Source: a virus | DNA length: 64,000 bases | Direction: 5' to 3' (one strand) | Virus record (IMG/VR): IMGVR_UViG_3300033150_002805 | Coordinates: 1-64,000 of that record | In this document: positions 27,853-37,230 of the stretch, piece after piece | Position numbering within the stretch: position 1 is the stretch's first letter | Layout: every line of letters starts with the position of its first letter | Program-made: the position numbers and the translations under genes | Notes under the pieces: generated by a model | What the model was told of the DNA's origin: nothing | What the model saw: the letters and a program-made list of their open reading frames with translations, nothing else | Databases searched by the model: none

Positions 27853-28458
27853 ATGAAAAATTATCCAAATCAAATTAGGCAAGAAGCCTACAAGTTATTT
27901 AACAATACTTTTAATTGTTTAGATTTTGAACTATTGAAAAAAGCAATCGGAGAAGATACTATAATTGATTATATTGAAAAACCAAGCGAGGAAATTTTAA
28001 GAAAGGAAGCGAAAGATAATTTTGATGAGAAAGAATGGGAAGAAAAAACAGAAGAAGAAAAAGAGGAAGCAACGCTGACATTCTTTGAGGAAAGCGAACA
28101 CTACCCCATGTGGTCTACAGTCTTCGAAGCGAAGGATGAGTTTATATCTCGAAAGATAATGAGAGGAATTGATGAGTTATATAATTTAGGAATCGGGGTA
28201 ATTGCTCCTACTGAGTACACTAACGCTTGTTTATTTATCGCTGGTGCTGGTTATGATTTTTATGATGCTCATTGGATACCTTTATTTATCCACTGGGGTT
28301 GGATTGATGAAGAAAAAATGAAAGAAGAAGAAGAAAGAAACAAAATAAAATTAACTGACTGGAAAGAGTTTGGCGAAACACTTGAAAAATTGACAGAGAA
28401 CAGAGACAAAACAATTAAAAGACACTCCAAGGGATTACTAAAAGCCCTAAAACTTTAA
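27853..28458 (+). CDS. Hypothetical phage protein (YPMW..GAGYDFY..HWIPL)
   Basis: 201-aa ORF with a conserved-looking motif; function unknown. Confidence 0.65.
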   Translation: MKNYPNQIRQEAYKLFNNTFNCLDFELLKKAIGEDTIIDYIEKPSEEILRKEAKDNFDEKEWEEKTEEEKEEATLTFFEESEHYPMWSTVFEAKDEFISRKIMRGIDELYNLGIGVIAPTEYTNACLFIAGAGYDFYDAHWIPLFIHWGWIDEEKMKEEEERNKIKLTDWKEFGETLEKLTENRDKTIKRHSKGLLKALKL

Positions 28459-28486
28459 CCGCCTTTTCGCAGGTTTCACCTGCCAC

Positions 28487-28534
28487 AAGCCCGCTAATGT
28501 TTGATGCCTTGCCACATTATCGGGCTTTTGTTTT
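28487..28534 (+). terminator. Probable intrinsic terminator
   Basis: AAGCCCG.TAATGT/ACATTA.CGGGCTT stem followed by TTGTTTT. Confidence 0.5.
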
Positions 28535-28566
28535 GAAAAAATTTAATCAGAAGTAAATAATCCAGC

Positions 28567-28626
28567 ATATAGCCGAGTAGTCATATAGCCAAAACTTTAC
28601 ATAGCCGAATTGAAATATAGCCCGAA
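28567..28626. repeat. Four ATAGCC motifs at exact 16-bp period
   Basis: ATAGCC at 28569, 28585, 28601, 28617. Confidence 0.8.
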
Positions 28627-28641
28627 TTTATCATAAAAATA

Positions 28642-28705
28642 GTTATCCACTTGACAAGGTTGCTTGATTTGCTAAAATAAAATAAGAGAGTTATCTTGTG
28701 GATAA
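28642..28705 (+). promoter_or_regulatory. Sigma70 promoter flanked by DnaA-box-like sites
   Basis: TTATCCAC-TTGACA-N16-TAAAAT; perfect reverse DnaA box TGTGGATAA at 28697-28705. Confidence 0.7.
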
Positions 28706-28741
28706 CTCCATAATAAAAGAGTGTTGGCTCTTTTAAAAAAT

Positions 28742-28969
28742 ATGAGGTCAATAGGGAAAAAATTTAAAAACTTAGTAAAAAAAAGAACATTAGAACTTTT
28801 AAAAAAAAGAGATAGAGAAAGGGAAGGCGAAAATATGAGGTATTATGGTTTGGATAATGAGATTGTAGAAAGTTTACCAGCCGAAATTTGGAATACTTGG
28901 GAAGGTGCTGATAGTGAAATAAGAAGAATAATTGATGAAACTATAAAAAATTTTGATATTATAGTTTAA
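28742..28969 (+). CDS. Hypothetical protein
   Basis: ORF track, trimmed to ATG. Confidence 0.55.
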   Translation: MRSIGKKFKNLVKKRTLELLKKRDREREGENMRYYGLDNEIVESLPAEIWNTWEGADSEIRRIIDETIKNFDIIV

Positions 28970-29013
28970 ATTGTAAATTATATCTTTTATCAGTTAGCAT
29001 CATAACCAGCAAT

Positions 29014-29298
29014 ATGATGCTAACAATAAAGGATATAATAAAAGTAAATAAAATTATGAGAATAATACAAATAAAGTTTATCTGTCCAAAATGTCATAAA
29101 CTAAAAAAAGAAAATAGATTTGCTTGTGCGGATGAAGAAGAAAATAAAAAAGCAGAAAAAAAAGTTTTTAAACAAGGTTTTATTTGTCAGGAATGTTGGA
29201 AAAAAGAAAAAATGCCGTTTAGATTTGAAAGTTTAATAAATAAGAGAAATAAACTGGCGGGTTTGAAAAGTAGAAGACAAGCGATTGAAAATTCTTAA
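29014..29298 (+). CDS. Small zinc-binding hypothetical protein
   Basis: CPKC...CQEC. Confidence 0.55.
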   Translation: MMLTIKDIIKVNKIMRIIQIKFICPKCHKLKKENRFACADEEENKKAEKKVFKQGFICQECWKKEKMPFRFESLINKRNKLAGLKSRRQAIENS

Positions 29299-29394
29299 TA
29301 TCTAATATATCTAATATCTAATAAATCTAATATCTAATATCTAATATCCGATCTAATACTTAATACTTGTTATCTTAATATCCTAATACTTAAT
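29296..29394. repeat. Degenerate TAATATC heptamer tandem array
   Basis: About a dozen imperfect copies, non-coding, extremely AT-rich. Confidence 0.8.
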
Positions 29395-29435
29395 TAAATT
29401 TTAGAAGGAAAAAAAAATAATCAATATATAAAATT

Positions 29436-29666
29436 ATGAAGAGAATAAAAAAATTACTTCCTAATAAATACTATCTTGATAAGAATTTTTATCGTTTAAG
29501 GGATGAGATTTTAGAGGCGTTTAAGGAAGATCAGAAAAAGTTTAATAATGATATTTATTCTATGTTTGGCAAATCAGAACCAGAAATAATAGTTAATGAA
29601 ATTATTACTATGACTTTATATAGTATAAAGCCGAAATATAATTTAAAAAAGAAAAAATTTTATTAG
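29436..29666 (+). CDS. Hypothetical protein
   Basis: ORF track. Confidence 0.5.
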   Translation: MKRIKKLLPNKYYLDKNFYRLRDEILEAFKEDQKKFNNDIYSMFGKSEPEIIVNEIITMTLYSIKPKYNLKKKKFY

Positions 29667-29913
29667 TTCTTTGTGATGCTGATAACTGAAAGAATTAGTT
29701 GTTGAATCTCATCAGCCCATTTTATTCTAATCATTCACTATAATTTTAGAAGAAATTAAGATTTAATTTTTGAACCCAGGTTCAATTTTAAATCTCTTGA
29801 AAGGAGTGAACCAAAATATCAAATTAACCATAAATATCTTTAAAACTATTAAATGAAACTAATATAATTATAGCAAATCAAAAGGTTGAAATCAAATTAA
29901 CACATTTAATTAT

Positions 29914-30531
29914 ATGTTTCTAAATAAATATAACTTTTTAGTTGAGAAATTTGCTCTAAAAGATAGTTCCAGAATTGAATTGACAGGAATTTTCGTTTCA
30001 CCAAAAGAGACTTGTGCCACCGATGGCGTTAAAATGATTAAGGTAGATACTCCAAAAAACTTTAAACTTGATGATTACCCAAAAATACCAAACAAACCGA
30101 AACCATTAACTAATTTTAAGAGTTTTATTTTGCCAAAGGAAAAAGCAAAGGATATTCTGAATTTATTTAAGACAAGAGAAAAAGATCTCGCTTTGCCAAT
30201 TTTGAATAATGCTATAATAGTTAGAAATGATAAAACAGGGGTGGAAATAGGCATGACTGATTTAAAAAGTTGGAATAGTATATTCAGTCAAAGAATTGAG
30301 GGTGAATATCCCAGATATAAGGATTTATTCGTTGAAAGAGGCAATTTTATTGAAATAGAGGTTGATGTAAAATTTTTAAAAGATATAATAGATTTTTATA
30401 CCGCTTTTCAGGATAAAACTCATTTGAAGATAAAAGTTCCAACTAAACCAAATGAACCGATTAGATTTGAAATGACAAGAAGAGATGAACAACAAGCCAA
30501 AGCACTTTTAATGCCAATTAAGAGTGAATAG
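29914..30531 (+). CDS. Beta sliding-clamp-like protein (partial, two-domain size)
   Basis: R.ELTGI, CATDG, IEGEYPRYK, C-terminal ALLMPIK resemble DnaN central/C domains. Confidence 0.65.
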   Translation: MFLNKYNFLVEKFALKDSSRIELTGIFVSPKETCATDGVKMIKVDTPKNFKLDDYPKIPNKPKPLTNFKSFILPKEKAKDILNLFKTREKDLALPILNNAIIVRNDKTGVEIGMTDLKSWNSIFSQRIEGEYPRYKDLFVERGNFIEIEVDVKFLKDIIDFYTAFQDKTHLKIKVPTKPNEPIRFEMTRRDEQQAKALLMPIKSE

Positions 30532-30767
30532 GTTTCTGATTACGGGTTCTCATAGTGCTGGATATGAGAACCCACATCAGAAACCTATCGCAAGAATTCC
30601 AAAATCTTTAAAAGATACTGATAAGATTATCTGTTTTGAAAAAAAAGTTAAGTGAGAACCCAGAAGCCACCTTCTACCGTTTCAATATCTTAACAAACCC
30701 AAGTCCATTATCTTATCTGATATCTTAAAAAAGATTTTAGATAATTGCTTGTGAGAAGTTTCTGATG
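30528..30767 (+). ncRNA. Structured RNA with two competing long stems
   Basis: 30528-30588 hairpin and 30575-30767 rod share ATCAGAAAC. Confidence 0.5.
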
Positions 30768-30885
30768 ACAATTTGGAAAGACAAATTGGCTTGGTAGGAA
30801 AGACTACCACCTTGAAAATTAGATTTTTAACTGAATAGAGATGTTTCGGTGGCTTTGGTCTCTATTCTAACCTCCATTTAACTTT

Positions 30886-31080
30886 ATGAAAACTCTCATC
30901 TTAATAATTTTTATTCTTTTGATCTTCGCTTTATTTATAGCTGGCAATCTTTTAATTGAATATATCCAGTTGAATGATGAAATTAAAGAAAAAAATTGGG
31001 ATTTGATACAAGATAATAGACATTTAGAACAACTGTTAAATGCTTGTGTTAAAAAATTAAGAGAATATAAAACTCAATAA
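30886..31080 (+). CDS. Small membrane-anchored coiled-coil protein
   Basis: N-terminal hydrophobic helix. Confidence 0.55.
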   Translation: MKTLILIIFILLIFALFIAGNLLIEYIQLNDEIKEKNWDLIQDNRHLEQLLNACVKKLREYKTQ

Positions 31081-31081
31081 A

Positions 31082-31264
31082 ATGTCTAAAGAACCTTCAA
31101 CCCAAAATTTGGTATTAAAAGAAATTGCTTCTATATTTAGAAAATACTATGGTTATGACTATGATAAAATGTTAGAAATCTTGGCTATGTTAAGAAATAC
31201 CATAAGAATTTTCAAAAATTATGAAGAAAGGCATAAAAATGACGGTGAAAAGAATAAAAATTAA
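31082..31264 (+). CDS. Hypothetical protein
   Basis: ORF track, tight packing. Confidence 0.5.
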   Translation: MSKEPSTQNLVLKEIASIFRKYYGYDYDKMLEILAMLRNTIRIFKNYEERHKNDGEKNKN

Positions 31265-31285
31265 AATTATCAACACATTTTAACT

Positions 31286-31677
31286 ATGCTCAAATGTAAA
31301 ATTTGTGGAAATTACTTTAATCATCTTGGTAGTCATATTTGGCATAAACATAAAATCTTGGCAAAGGATTACAAAGAGATATATGGATTGGATCACAAAT
31401 TCGCTTTGATTACCAAGAAACTAAAACAAAAGAAACAACGAAAATTTTGGGAAAATCCTATTGGTCTAAAAAATCTTAAAAAGGCAAAAAATATCAGTTC
31501 AAAAAAGGCAAAACTTACAAAATGGGTTATATCAGTTCTAAACAAAAAAGAAGAATTTATGAGAGATTAGCAAAAATGAATAAGAAGAGAAGAGGAAGAT
31601 GTCCTGTCTGTAAAATGATTTTTGATAACCTACCTTCTCATTTATATAATAAACATAAGTTAATAATAGCAAAATAG
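31286..31677 (+). CDS. Ros/MucR-like zinc-finger protein with apparent -1 frameshift near 31490
   Basis: CKICG..LGSHIWHKH...YKE.YGL; the -1 frame continues KYQFKKG...CPVCKMIFDNLPSHLYNKHKL. Confidence 0.6.
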
Positions 31678-31681
31678 CAAA

Positions 31682-31876
31682 ATGAAAACTTTAAAGGAAT
31701 TAATACAATTTAAGAAAAATTTTCCAAATAAACTCTGTGATAATACGGATTGTCCTGGAAATCCCAAAAATATAAAACCAGTAAGAATGAAATCAGAATT
31801 TGGTGATGAATGGTTTTATTGGTGTGAAAAATGTCGAAAAAGAGATAAAGATATGATAAAACAATGCCTAAACTAA
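31682..31876 (+). CDS. Small Cys-rich hypothetical protein
   Basis: CDNTDC...CEKC. Confidence 0.5.
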   Translation: MKTLKELIQFKKNFPNKLCDNTDCPGNPKNIKPVRMKSEFGDEWFYWCEKCRKRDKDMIKQCLN

Positions 31877-32556
31877 AAGAACACGAAATTCTCAAAAAGT
31901 TTTTACTCGGTTTAGAGAAAGGATTAGCAAATTCATTATTGATCGTTGGAAATGCTGGAATTGGAAAAACTGAAACCACTCTGCGGGGATTAAGAGAATT
32001 GGGATTGAAAGAAAATCAGCATTTTAAATATTTAAACAACTATTCTACTCCCCTTGAATTTTATCATTTATTAAAAGAGGTAAATAAATTGAGTTCGCCC
32101 CGTATTTTAATAATTGATGATGGAGAAGAAGTCATTTTTAACAAACGAATTTTGGGACTTTTACGTTCCGCTCTCTGGGGAAACTTGGAAGGAAGACGAA
32201 TTGTCCATTGGATTTCGCCAAGAGCAAAAAGTCATAGTTTTGAATTTACTGGAAAAATAATTATTTTGTTGAATGAATTAAATCCAAAAAATGGTTTGGT
32301 TCGTGCCTTGATAAGCAGAGGTTTTTATTATCATTTGTCTTTGAGTAATGAGAAAAAATTAGCACTTATGAGAGAACGAATTAAAGAACCATATAAGAAT
32401 TTAAATTTTAAAGATAGATGGAAGATACTGAACTACATTGAAAAAATTGGAAGGAATTCGGAAAAACTAACTTTGAGAACTCTACCAATGTCTTACAATA
32501 TCTATATTTTGAGTAAAAATCATTGGAAAGAGTTGATCGCCGAACTTCTTATATAA
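31864..32556 (+). CDS. AAA+ ATPase
   Basis: Walker A GNAGIGKT, Walker B ILIIDD, ALISR arginine finger. Confidence 0.8.
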   Translation: MPKLKEHEILKKFLLGLEKGLANSLLIVGNAGIGKTETTLRGLRELGLKENQHFKYLNNYSTPLEFYHLLKEVNKLSSPRILIIDDGEEVIFNKRILGLLRSALWGNLEGRRIVHWISPRAKSHSFEFTGKIIILLNELNPKNGLVRALISRGFYYHLSLSNEKKLALMRERIKEPYKNLNFKDRWKILNYIEKIGRNSEKLTLRTLPMSYNIYILSKNHWKELIAELLI

Positions 32557-32602
32557 AAAAAAGGTCGACTATACTATAATTTAAAAAAAAAGGAATTTCA
32601 TT

Positions 32603-32821
32603 ATGAAAAAATTAATCTGCCCAAAATGTAAAGCTGACTTAAGAAAAATAGGTTTGATAGAAATCTTGGATCAGGGTTATAAAAGAAGTCATTTGGTCTT
32701 GGACGAAAAAGGCAAAGTAAAAGAAATTGACTGGAAAAAAGAAAACTTTGAGAATAATTTAGGTTATTATTGCCCAAATTGTGATCAATTGATTACAACA
32801 GATGTTCCCGAATGGGCTTAA
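32603..32821 (+). CDS. Zinc-ribbon protein
   Basis: CPKC...CPNC. Confidence 0.6.
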   Translation: MKKLICPKCKADLRKIGLIEILDQGYKRSHLVLDEKGKVKEIDWKKENFENNLGYYCPNCDQLITTDVPEWA

Positions 32822-32889
32822 AAGTCATTTCAAAATAATATCAGATTTAAAAAAAAAGAAAAGGTCGCTCAAATAACCAAATAAAAATT

Positions 32890-33087
32890 ATGGAAAAAGA
32901 AAGATGTCTATTATGTAATCAGGAAATTTTCCAACCGCTTTTGGATGAATATCACAAAGGATTCACCGCTCAAAAAATTATTGATATTATTGAGTTTGAA
33001 TTAACAAACATTGATGAGAGAGAAAAATTATGGGAATGGTTTAATTCAAAAACACTGGTTGGTGGCATGATTTTAGATAATGAGTAA
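32890..33087 (+). CDS. Hypothetical protein
   Basis: ORF track. Confidence 0.5.
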   Translation: MEKERCLLCNQEIFQPLLDEYHKGFTAQKIIDIIEFELTNIDEREKLWEWFNSKTLVGGMILDNE

Positions 33088-33146
33088 TATAGTTGCTGAT
33101 GAAAAAAAACCTTGTTGGTTATCAATAAAATTGAGTTAAATTAAAT

Positions 33147-33368
33147 ATGTTGTTAGTAATAATTTGGATATTAGAAATTGTAGTTTGCTTATTTTTAGCA
33201 AAATTAAAGAATAGAAGTTTGGGTTGGTCAATTATTGCTGGTTCATTATTTGGCATAGTTGCTATCTTATTCTATCTACTCTGTTCAAAATTAGCTAATT
33301 GTCCTAAATGCGGAGGGGGAATTAAAACAGATAGCAGAATCTGTCCACATTGTGGAGAGAAAATTTGA
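33147..33368 (+). CDS. Two-TM membrane protein with C-terminal zinc ribbon
   Basis: AKLKNRSLGW, CPKCG..CPHCG. Confidence 0.7.
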   Translation: MLLVIIWILEIVVCLFLAKLKNRSLGWSIIAGSLFGIVAILFYLLCSKLANCPKCGGGIKTDSRICPHCGEKI

Positions 33369-33440
33369 ACCCTGGTTCAATTGACTATCTGTCCTTATTA
33401 GAATCCATTCCAAACTCTTAACTTTTAGTCATGGAGATCC

Positions 33441-34277
33441 TCACAAGCGACCCTTCATAACCTCCTCATAAGAAGGATAAGGAAACTTCTTCTTCTCTAT
33501 TTGATATCTACCAGCAAGAAATTCTGGCATTTTTCTTCGTATAGTTAATATAGTCCAATTTCTTAACCAACCAAATTCTTTTTCAACTTCTGTATTTCCA
33601 TTTTTTAATTCTTCACATACTCTATAACAAAATTTCATAAAATTTAATATATCTTCTTTTGTTCTACCTGAATAAAGAATGGTTTTGATTGCCCGTTTGA
33701 CCTCTCCAAATTCTGCCCCCTTTAATTTTATGCCTTTGTATTGTTGATATGCGTCAATAAGTTCCTTATAAATATCGTAAGAAACTTTAAAATCTTTTCT
33801 TTTAAGTGAGCGATTCTTTGAATCGCTATTAGTACTTATATTATTAGTATTGTTGTTATTAGTATTGTTACGTGCTACCACAGAAACAGGGGTGTTTCTG
33901 TGGTGATACACGGGGTGTTTCTGTAGTGATACACGACTTTGGTTGAACCAATCTTTCTTATTTTTCATTTTTTTCCATTCGGTATAATCAATAAGCCAAT
34001 AGATATAAGGAAAATTCCTCTGTTCAGGTTTTTCTATTTGGATTATATTCCATTTCAACAGTTCTTTGATTCCTCGTTGAATGGTGGCAACTGAAACTCC
34101 CAATTCTTTAGCCAGATGTCGGAGTCCTGGAAATGCTGTTCCATTCTTTTCATGACGACATAACGCCATATAAACTATCTGTCCTTTCCAACCCACTTTA
34201 TGAGCATAGCCATTCAAAAATTCATTATCTATATAAAATCGTTTTTCGATTCTCTTGCTTCTTACTTTGATATTCAT
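33441..34277 (-). CDS. Replication initiator-like wHTH protein with internal iterons
   Basis: VYMALCRH..AFPGLRHLAKELGVS..TIQRGIKEL; 23-bp direct repeats and AT-rich tract in the linker. Confidence 0.7.
   Translation of the reverse strand: MNIKVRSKRIEKRFYIDNEFLNGYAHKVGWKGQIVYMALCRHEKNGTAFPGLRHLAKELGVSVATIQRGIKELLKWNIIQIEKPEQRNFPYIYWLIDYTEWKKMKNKKDWFNQSRVSLQKHPVYHHRNTPVSVVARNNTNNNNTNNISTNSDSKNRSLKRKDFKVSYDIYKELIDAYQQYKGIKLKGAEFGEVKRAIKTILYSGRTKEDILNFMKFCYRVCEELKNGNTEVEKEFGWLRNWTILTIRRKMPEFLAGRYQIEKKKFPYPSYEEVMKGRL
33878..33934. repeat. Iteron-like repeats (candidate origin)
   Basis: GGGGTGTTTCTGTRGTGATACAC x2 (33889, 33912) plus inverted CCACAGAAACA; adjacent AT-rich TTATTAGTATTGTT x2. Confidence 0.6.
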
Positions 34278-34285
34278 AGATTTAA

Positions 34286-34380
34286 ATTCAAAGCGGTAGC
34301 CTCACAATCGCTCTTCAAGTGTTTAGAAAACTAAACTTTGAAGAGAAGAATAAAGACTACCGCTTTGAATCCGATTGTGA
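34286..34380 (-). promoter_or_regulatory. Structured 5' leader of the initiator gene (pseudoknot/switch)
   Basis: 14-bp and 9-bp perfect crossing complementarities plus an inner hairpin. Confidence 0.55.
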
Positions 34381-34486
34381 ACTATTCTTTTTTGATTTAT
34401 CATATATCCAAACAACAGGTCAAGTAAAAATCTGTACATAACTTTCCCCTTTGATAAGGGTCTTTGGATATGATAAATAAACAGGT

Positions 34487-34645
34487 TTAACATCTTATAG
34501 TCTCTAAAAATTCGTAATAACAATGCGGGCAAATTTTATCTTCATCTCCAACTAAATTTTTACAATTATCACACCATCTAACCCAACCCCTATCTTCATC
34601 CCACATTTCTATCTTTTTAGTTTCCTCCTTCATAGTTGTTTCCAT
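34487..34645 (-). CDS. 52-aa zinc-ribbon protein (below ORF-track cutoff)
   Basis: WCDNC..ICPHC; upstream TTGACA-N16-TAAACT on the minus strand. Confidence 0.5.
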   Translation of the reverse strand: METTMKEETKKIEMWDEDRGWVRWCDNCKNLVGDEDKICPHCYYEFLETIRC

Positions 34646-34742
34646 TTCCAAATTATCTTCTACTATCAGTTTAGCATATCAAAGATCTATGTCAAGAAGA
34701 TATTGAAATCAGTTGAATTTTCGTTTAAAGAGAATTATCAGA

Positions 34743-34780
34743 GTTTTCCACTTGACAGAGTTTTTGGGGAGTGATAGGAT
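34743..34780 (+). promoter_or_regulatory. Sigma70 promoter
   Basis: GTTTTCCAC-TTGACA-N17-TAGGAT with TG extension. Confidence 0.7.
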
Positions 34781-34923
34781 GAAATATGAACAAAGAAAAA
34801 GAAGGCTTTTTATAAGAAAACGGGCGAAGAAATGAGATTTTCTCAAGGTCGCTGGTGGATTATTCCCTCAGGGGGCGGGCAATGGCTGGAATTTAATGAC
34901 AAAGAAAGTGAAATTAAATTTAA

Positions 34924-35259
34924 ATGAAGAAAATTATGAATATTTATCGTCAAGGGGATTTACTCCTTTATCCCTTAAAAGAAAAACCAAAAAATCTTAA
35001 ATTGGTTTTTAAAGGAAAAAAATATGTTCTTAAGTATGGTGAGGCTACAGGCCATAAACATTTATTGGTTGTTGAACCAACAAAATTATTTGAGATTTTA
35101 GAGGATGAAAAAGGTCAAAAATATATTAAACTTTCTCATTCTGGCAAGATTGTTCATGAAGAACACAAGACATTGACAATTATGCCTGATTTTTATGTGG
35201 TTCATGAAGAAAGAGAATATGATTATCCAGAGCAAGAAATAAATAAAGTTGTAGATTAA
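34924..35259 (+). CDS. Phage protein with RQGD..GEATGHxH..HEEH motifs
   Basis: Motifs recognised; such genes usually precede DUF6745 genes. Confidence 0.7.
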   Translation: MKKIMNIYRQGDLLLYPLKEKPKNLKLVFKGKKYVLKYGEATGHKHLLVVEPTKLFEILEDEKGQKYIKLSHSGKIVHEEHKTLTIMPDFYVVHEEREYDYPEQEINKVVD

Positions 35260-36189
35260 ATGAAAAATACCAAAGAAAATAGAGTCGCTTTTTTAAAAGA
35301 ATGTTTTAATAAATCTTTTTATCAAAAAGATGGAGATTTAATGATTGGGGCTAAAAAACTTAATGATGCTTTGAGTAAAAAAAGACAGGTTGTTTTAATT
35401 AAGGATTGGTCTGAACTTGGGTCTGAACTTAGGTTTGAACTTGAGTCTGAACTTAGGTTTGAACTTAGGTCTGAACTTTGGTCTGAATTTTGGTCTGAAT
35501 TTGGGTCTGAACTTAGGTCTGAACTTAGGTCTGAACTTTGGTCTGAGCTTGGGTTTGAATATTATGAAAACGTTTTTCTTATCTTTATAAAGGAATTTTA
35601 TCCTCAATTAAAAACTATTCAAAGAAATAAAAAGAAGATTGAAGCATTGGAAGAATTAGTCAACCAAGGTAATTGTTATATATTTATTTCAGAAAAGGAA
35701 TTATTTATATTACCTCTTCCTGAAGAAATTAAAATAGATAATCAAAAAAGGCTTCATTCTGAAACCCAATATGCTTTGCGTTGGTTAGGTAAAGAAAGTT
35801 ATTGGCTTTATGGAAGAAAATTTGAGAAATCATTATGGGAAAGAGCGGTAAAAAGGAAAATATCAGCTAAAGAATTATTAGAAATGAAAAATATAGAGCA
35901 AAGAATGACAATATTACAGATTTATGGCAATAAGTGGCTTCTTGAAAATTTAAACGCTAAATTGATAGATAAATCTTCTCGGGGAAATGAATTGTATTTG
36001 GTGGATAAAGTATTTAGGGAACCTGCATATTTTTTGAAATATAAAGATAGTTCTACTGATAGGGTGTATGTTTCTGGAATTGCTCCAGATTTTGCTAAAA
36101 CGCCATACGAATTAACTGCAGATAATGCAATGGCTTGGAAATTTCAAATTACTCCTTATGAGTATAAACAATTAAGAAATGAAACATAA
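35260..36189 (+). CDS. DUF6745-like protein with SEL[WRG] tetrapeptide repeats
   Basis: RLHSE..YAL.W....YWL.G, NIEQR, D.STDRVY...I.P, AMAW; 12-nt repeat at ~35407-35556. Confidence 0.65.
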   Translation: MKNTKENRVAFLKECFNKSFYQKDGDLMIGAKKLNDALSKKRQVVLIKDWSELGSELRFELESELRFELRSELWSEFWSEFGSELRSELRSELWSELGFEYYENVFLIFIKEFYPQLKTIQRNKKKIEALEELVNQGNCYIFISEKELFILPLPEEIKIDNQKRLHSETQYALRWLGKESYWLYGRKFEKSLWERAVKRKISAKELLEMKNIEQRMTILQIYGNKWLLENLNAKLIDKSSRGNELYLVDKVFREPAYFLKYKDSSTDRVYVSGIAPDFAKTPYELTADNAMAWKFQITPYEYKQLRNET

Positions 36190-36217
36190 ATATTAAAAGG
36201 TTTAAAAGAACAACCCT

Positions 36218-36772
36218 ATGGAAAAAGAAAAGGAAACACGACGAGGACGAAAAAGGGGATATAAATATTCAGAGGAAACCAAAAAGAAGATGTCTATTAA
36301 AAAAATAGGCAATAAAAATAAGTTAGGTAAAACTGGTTATAAATTATCAGAAGAAACGAAGAGAAAAATATCAGAAGCAAGGAGGGGAATAAAATTGTCA
36401 GAAGAAACTCGTAAAAAAATGAGCAAAACTCGGAAAGGAAGAACAGGAGAAAGAGCCAATAGTTGGAAAGGCGGGATTAGTCAAAACAAAGAATATTTGA
36501 GTTGGCTTAAAAATAAAAGGAATAGAATGCCAAAAATTGGAAGTCACACTTTTGGAGAATGGGAATTATTGAAAAAACAATATGGATATAGATGCCCCGC
36601 TTGTGGAAGAAAAGAACCTGAAATTAAATTAACCGAAGACCACATTATTCCATTAAGCAAAGGTGGTTCGGATTATATTGAAAATATTCAGCCATTATGT
36701 AAAAGTTGTAATTTTAGAAAACATACTAAAATTATTAAATATGAATTTGAAAAAAGAAAAGAAAACAATTAA
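36218..36772 (+). CDS. NUMOD3 + HNH homing endonuclease
   Basis: SEETKKKMS repeats, WKGG, CPACG..LTEDHIIPLSKGGSDYIENIQPLCKSCN. Confidence 0.9.
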   Translation: MEKEKETRRGRKRGYKYSEETKKKMSIKKIGNKNKLGKTGYKLSEETKRKISEARRGIKLSEETRKKMSKTRKGRTGERANSWKGGISQNKEYLSWLKNKRNRMPKIGSHTFGEWELLKKQYGYRCPACGRKEPEIKLTEDHIIPLSKGGSDYIENIQPLCKSCNFRKHTKIIKYEFEKRKENN

Positions 36773-36941
36773 AACTTACGCCGATAAGGTAAAATTGGAA
36801 CTTGATGGATTTGAAATTCAACATTTAATGAATTTATTAGAAGAAGAGGCAGTTGAAGCAAAAGATATATTAAATATACAGATTGCTGTTAGATTGTATG
36901 AAAAACTGAAAGAGGTTTTTAAGGAAAATTGGAAAAACTAA
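36741..36941 (+). CDS. Hypothetical protein
   Basis: ORF track, trimmed to ATG. Confidence 0.5.
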   Translation: MNLKKEKKTIKTYADKVKLELDGFEIQHLMNLLEEEAVEAKDILNIQIAVRLYEKLKEVFKENWKN

Positions 36942-36948
36942 ATAACCT

Positions 36949-37230
36949 ATGAAGAAAGAAACATTAAAAGAAAATTGGGAAAAGGAGTTTGAAGAAAGAT
37001 TTATTAAAAATCGGGATTTTTATTTATATGACCCAGAGGAAGAAAGATATAAAGTTTTGTCCTTTATCCGCCAACTTCTTGCTTCCCAAAAACAAGAATT
37101 ATTAGAGAAGATAGAGGGAGAGATAAAAAATTGTAAGAAGTTTGGAATGAGATTTGGTAAGTTATCTGCTTGGATCTATTTAAAAGAAGAAATAGATAAA
37201 ATTGTTGACAAATATGGGGGAAATAATTAG
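36949..37230 (+). CDS. Hypothetical protein (WEKEFEE..FIRQLL family)
   Basis: Starts at the conserved junction motif. Confidence 0.6.
   Translation: MKKETLKENWEKEFEERFIKNRDFYLYDPEEERYKVLSFIRQLLASQKQELLEKIEGEIKNCKKFGMRFGKLSAWIYLKEEIDKIVDKYGGNN

Noticed and set aside
35395-35607. (KFRP)n minus-strand ORF or CRISPR-like array
   Set aside because: 12-nt coding tandem repeat with no spacers; antisense of the DUF6745-like gene. Its resemblance to the TGAACCnnGGTTCA palindrome is partial and was not counted
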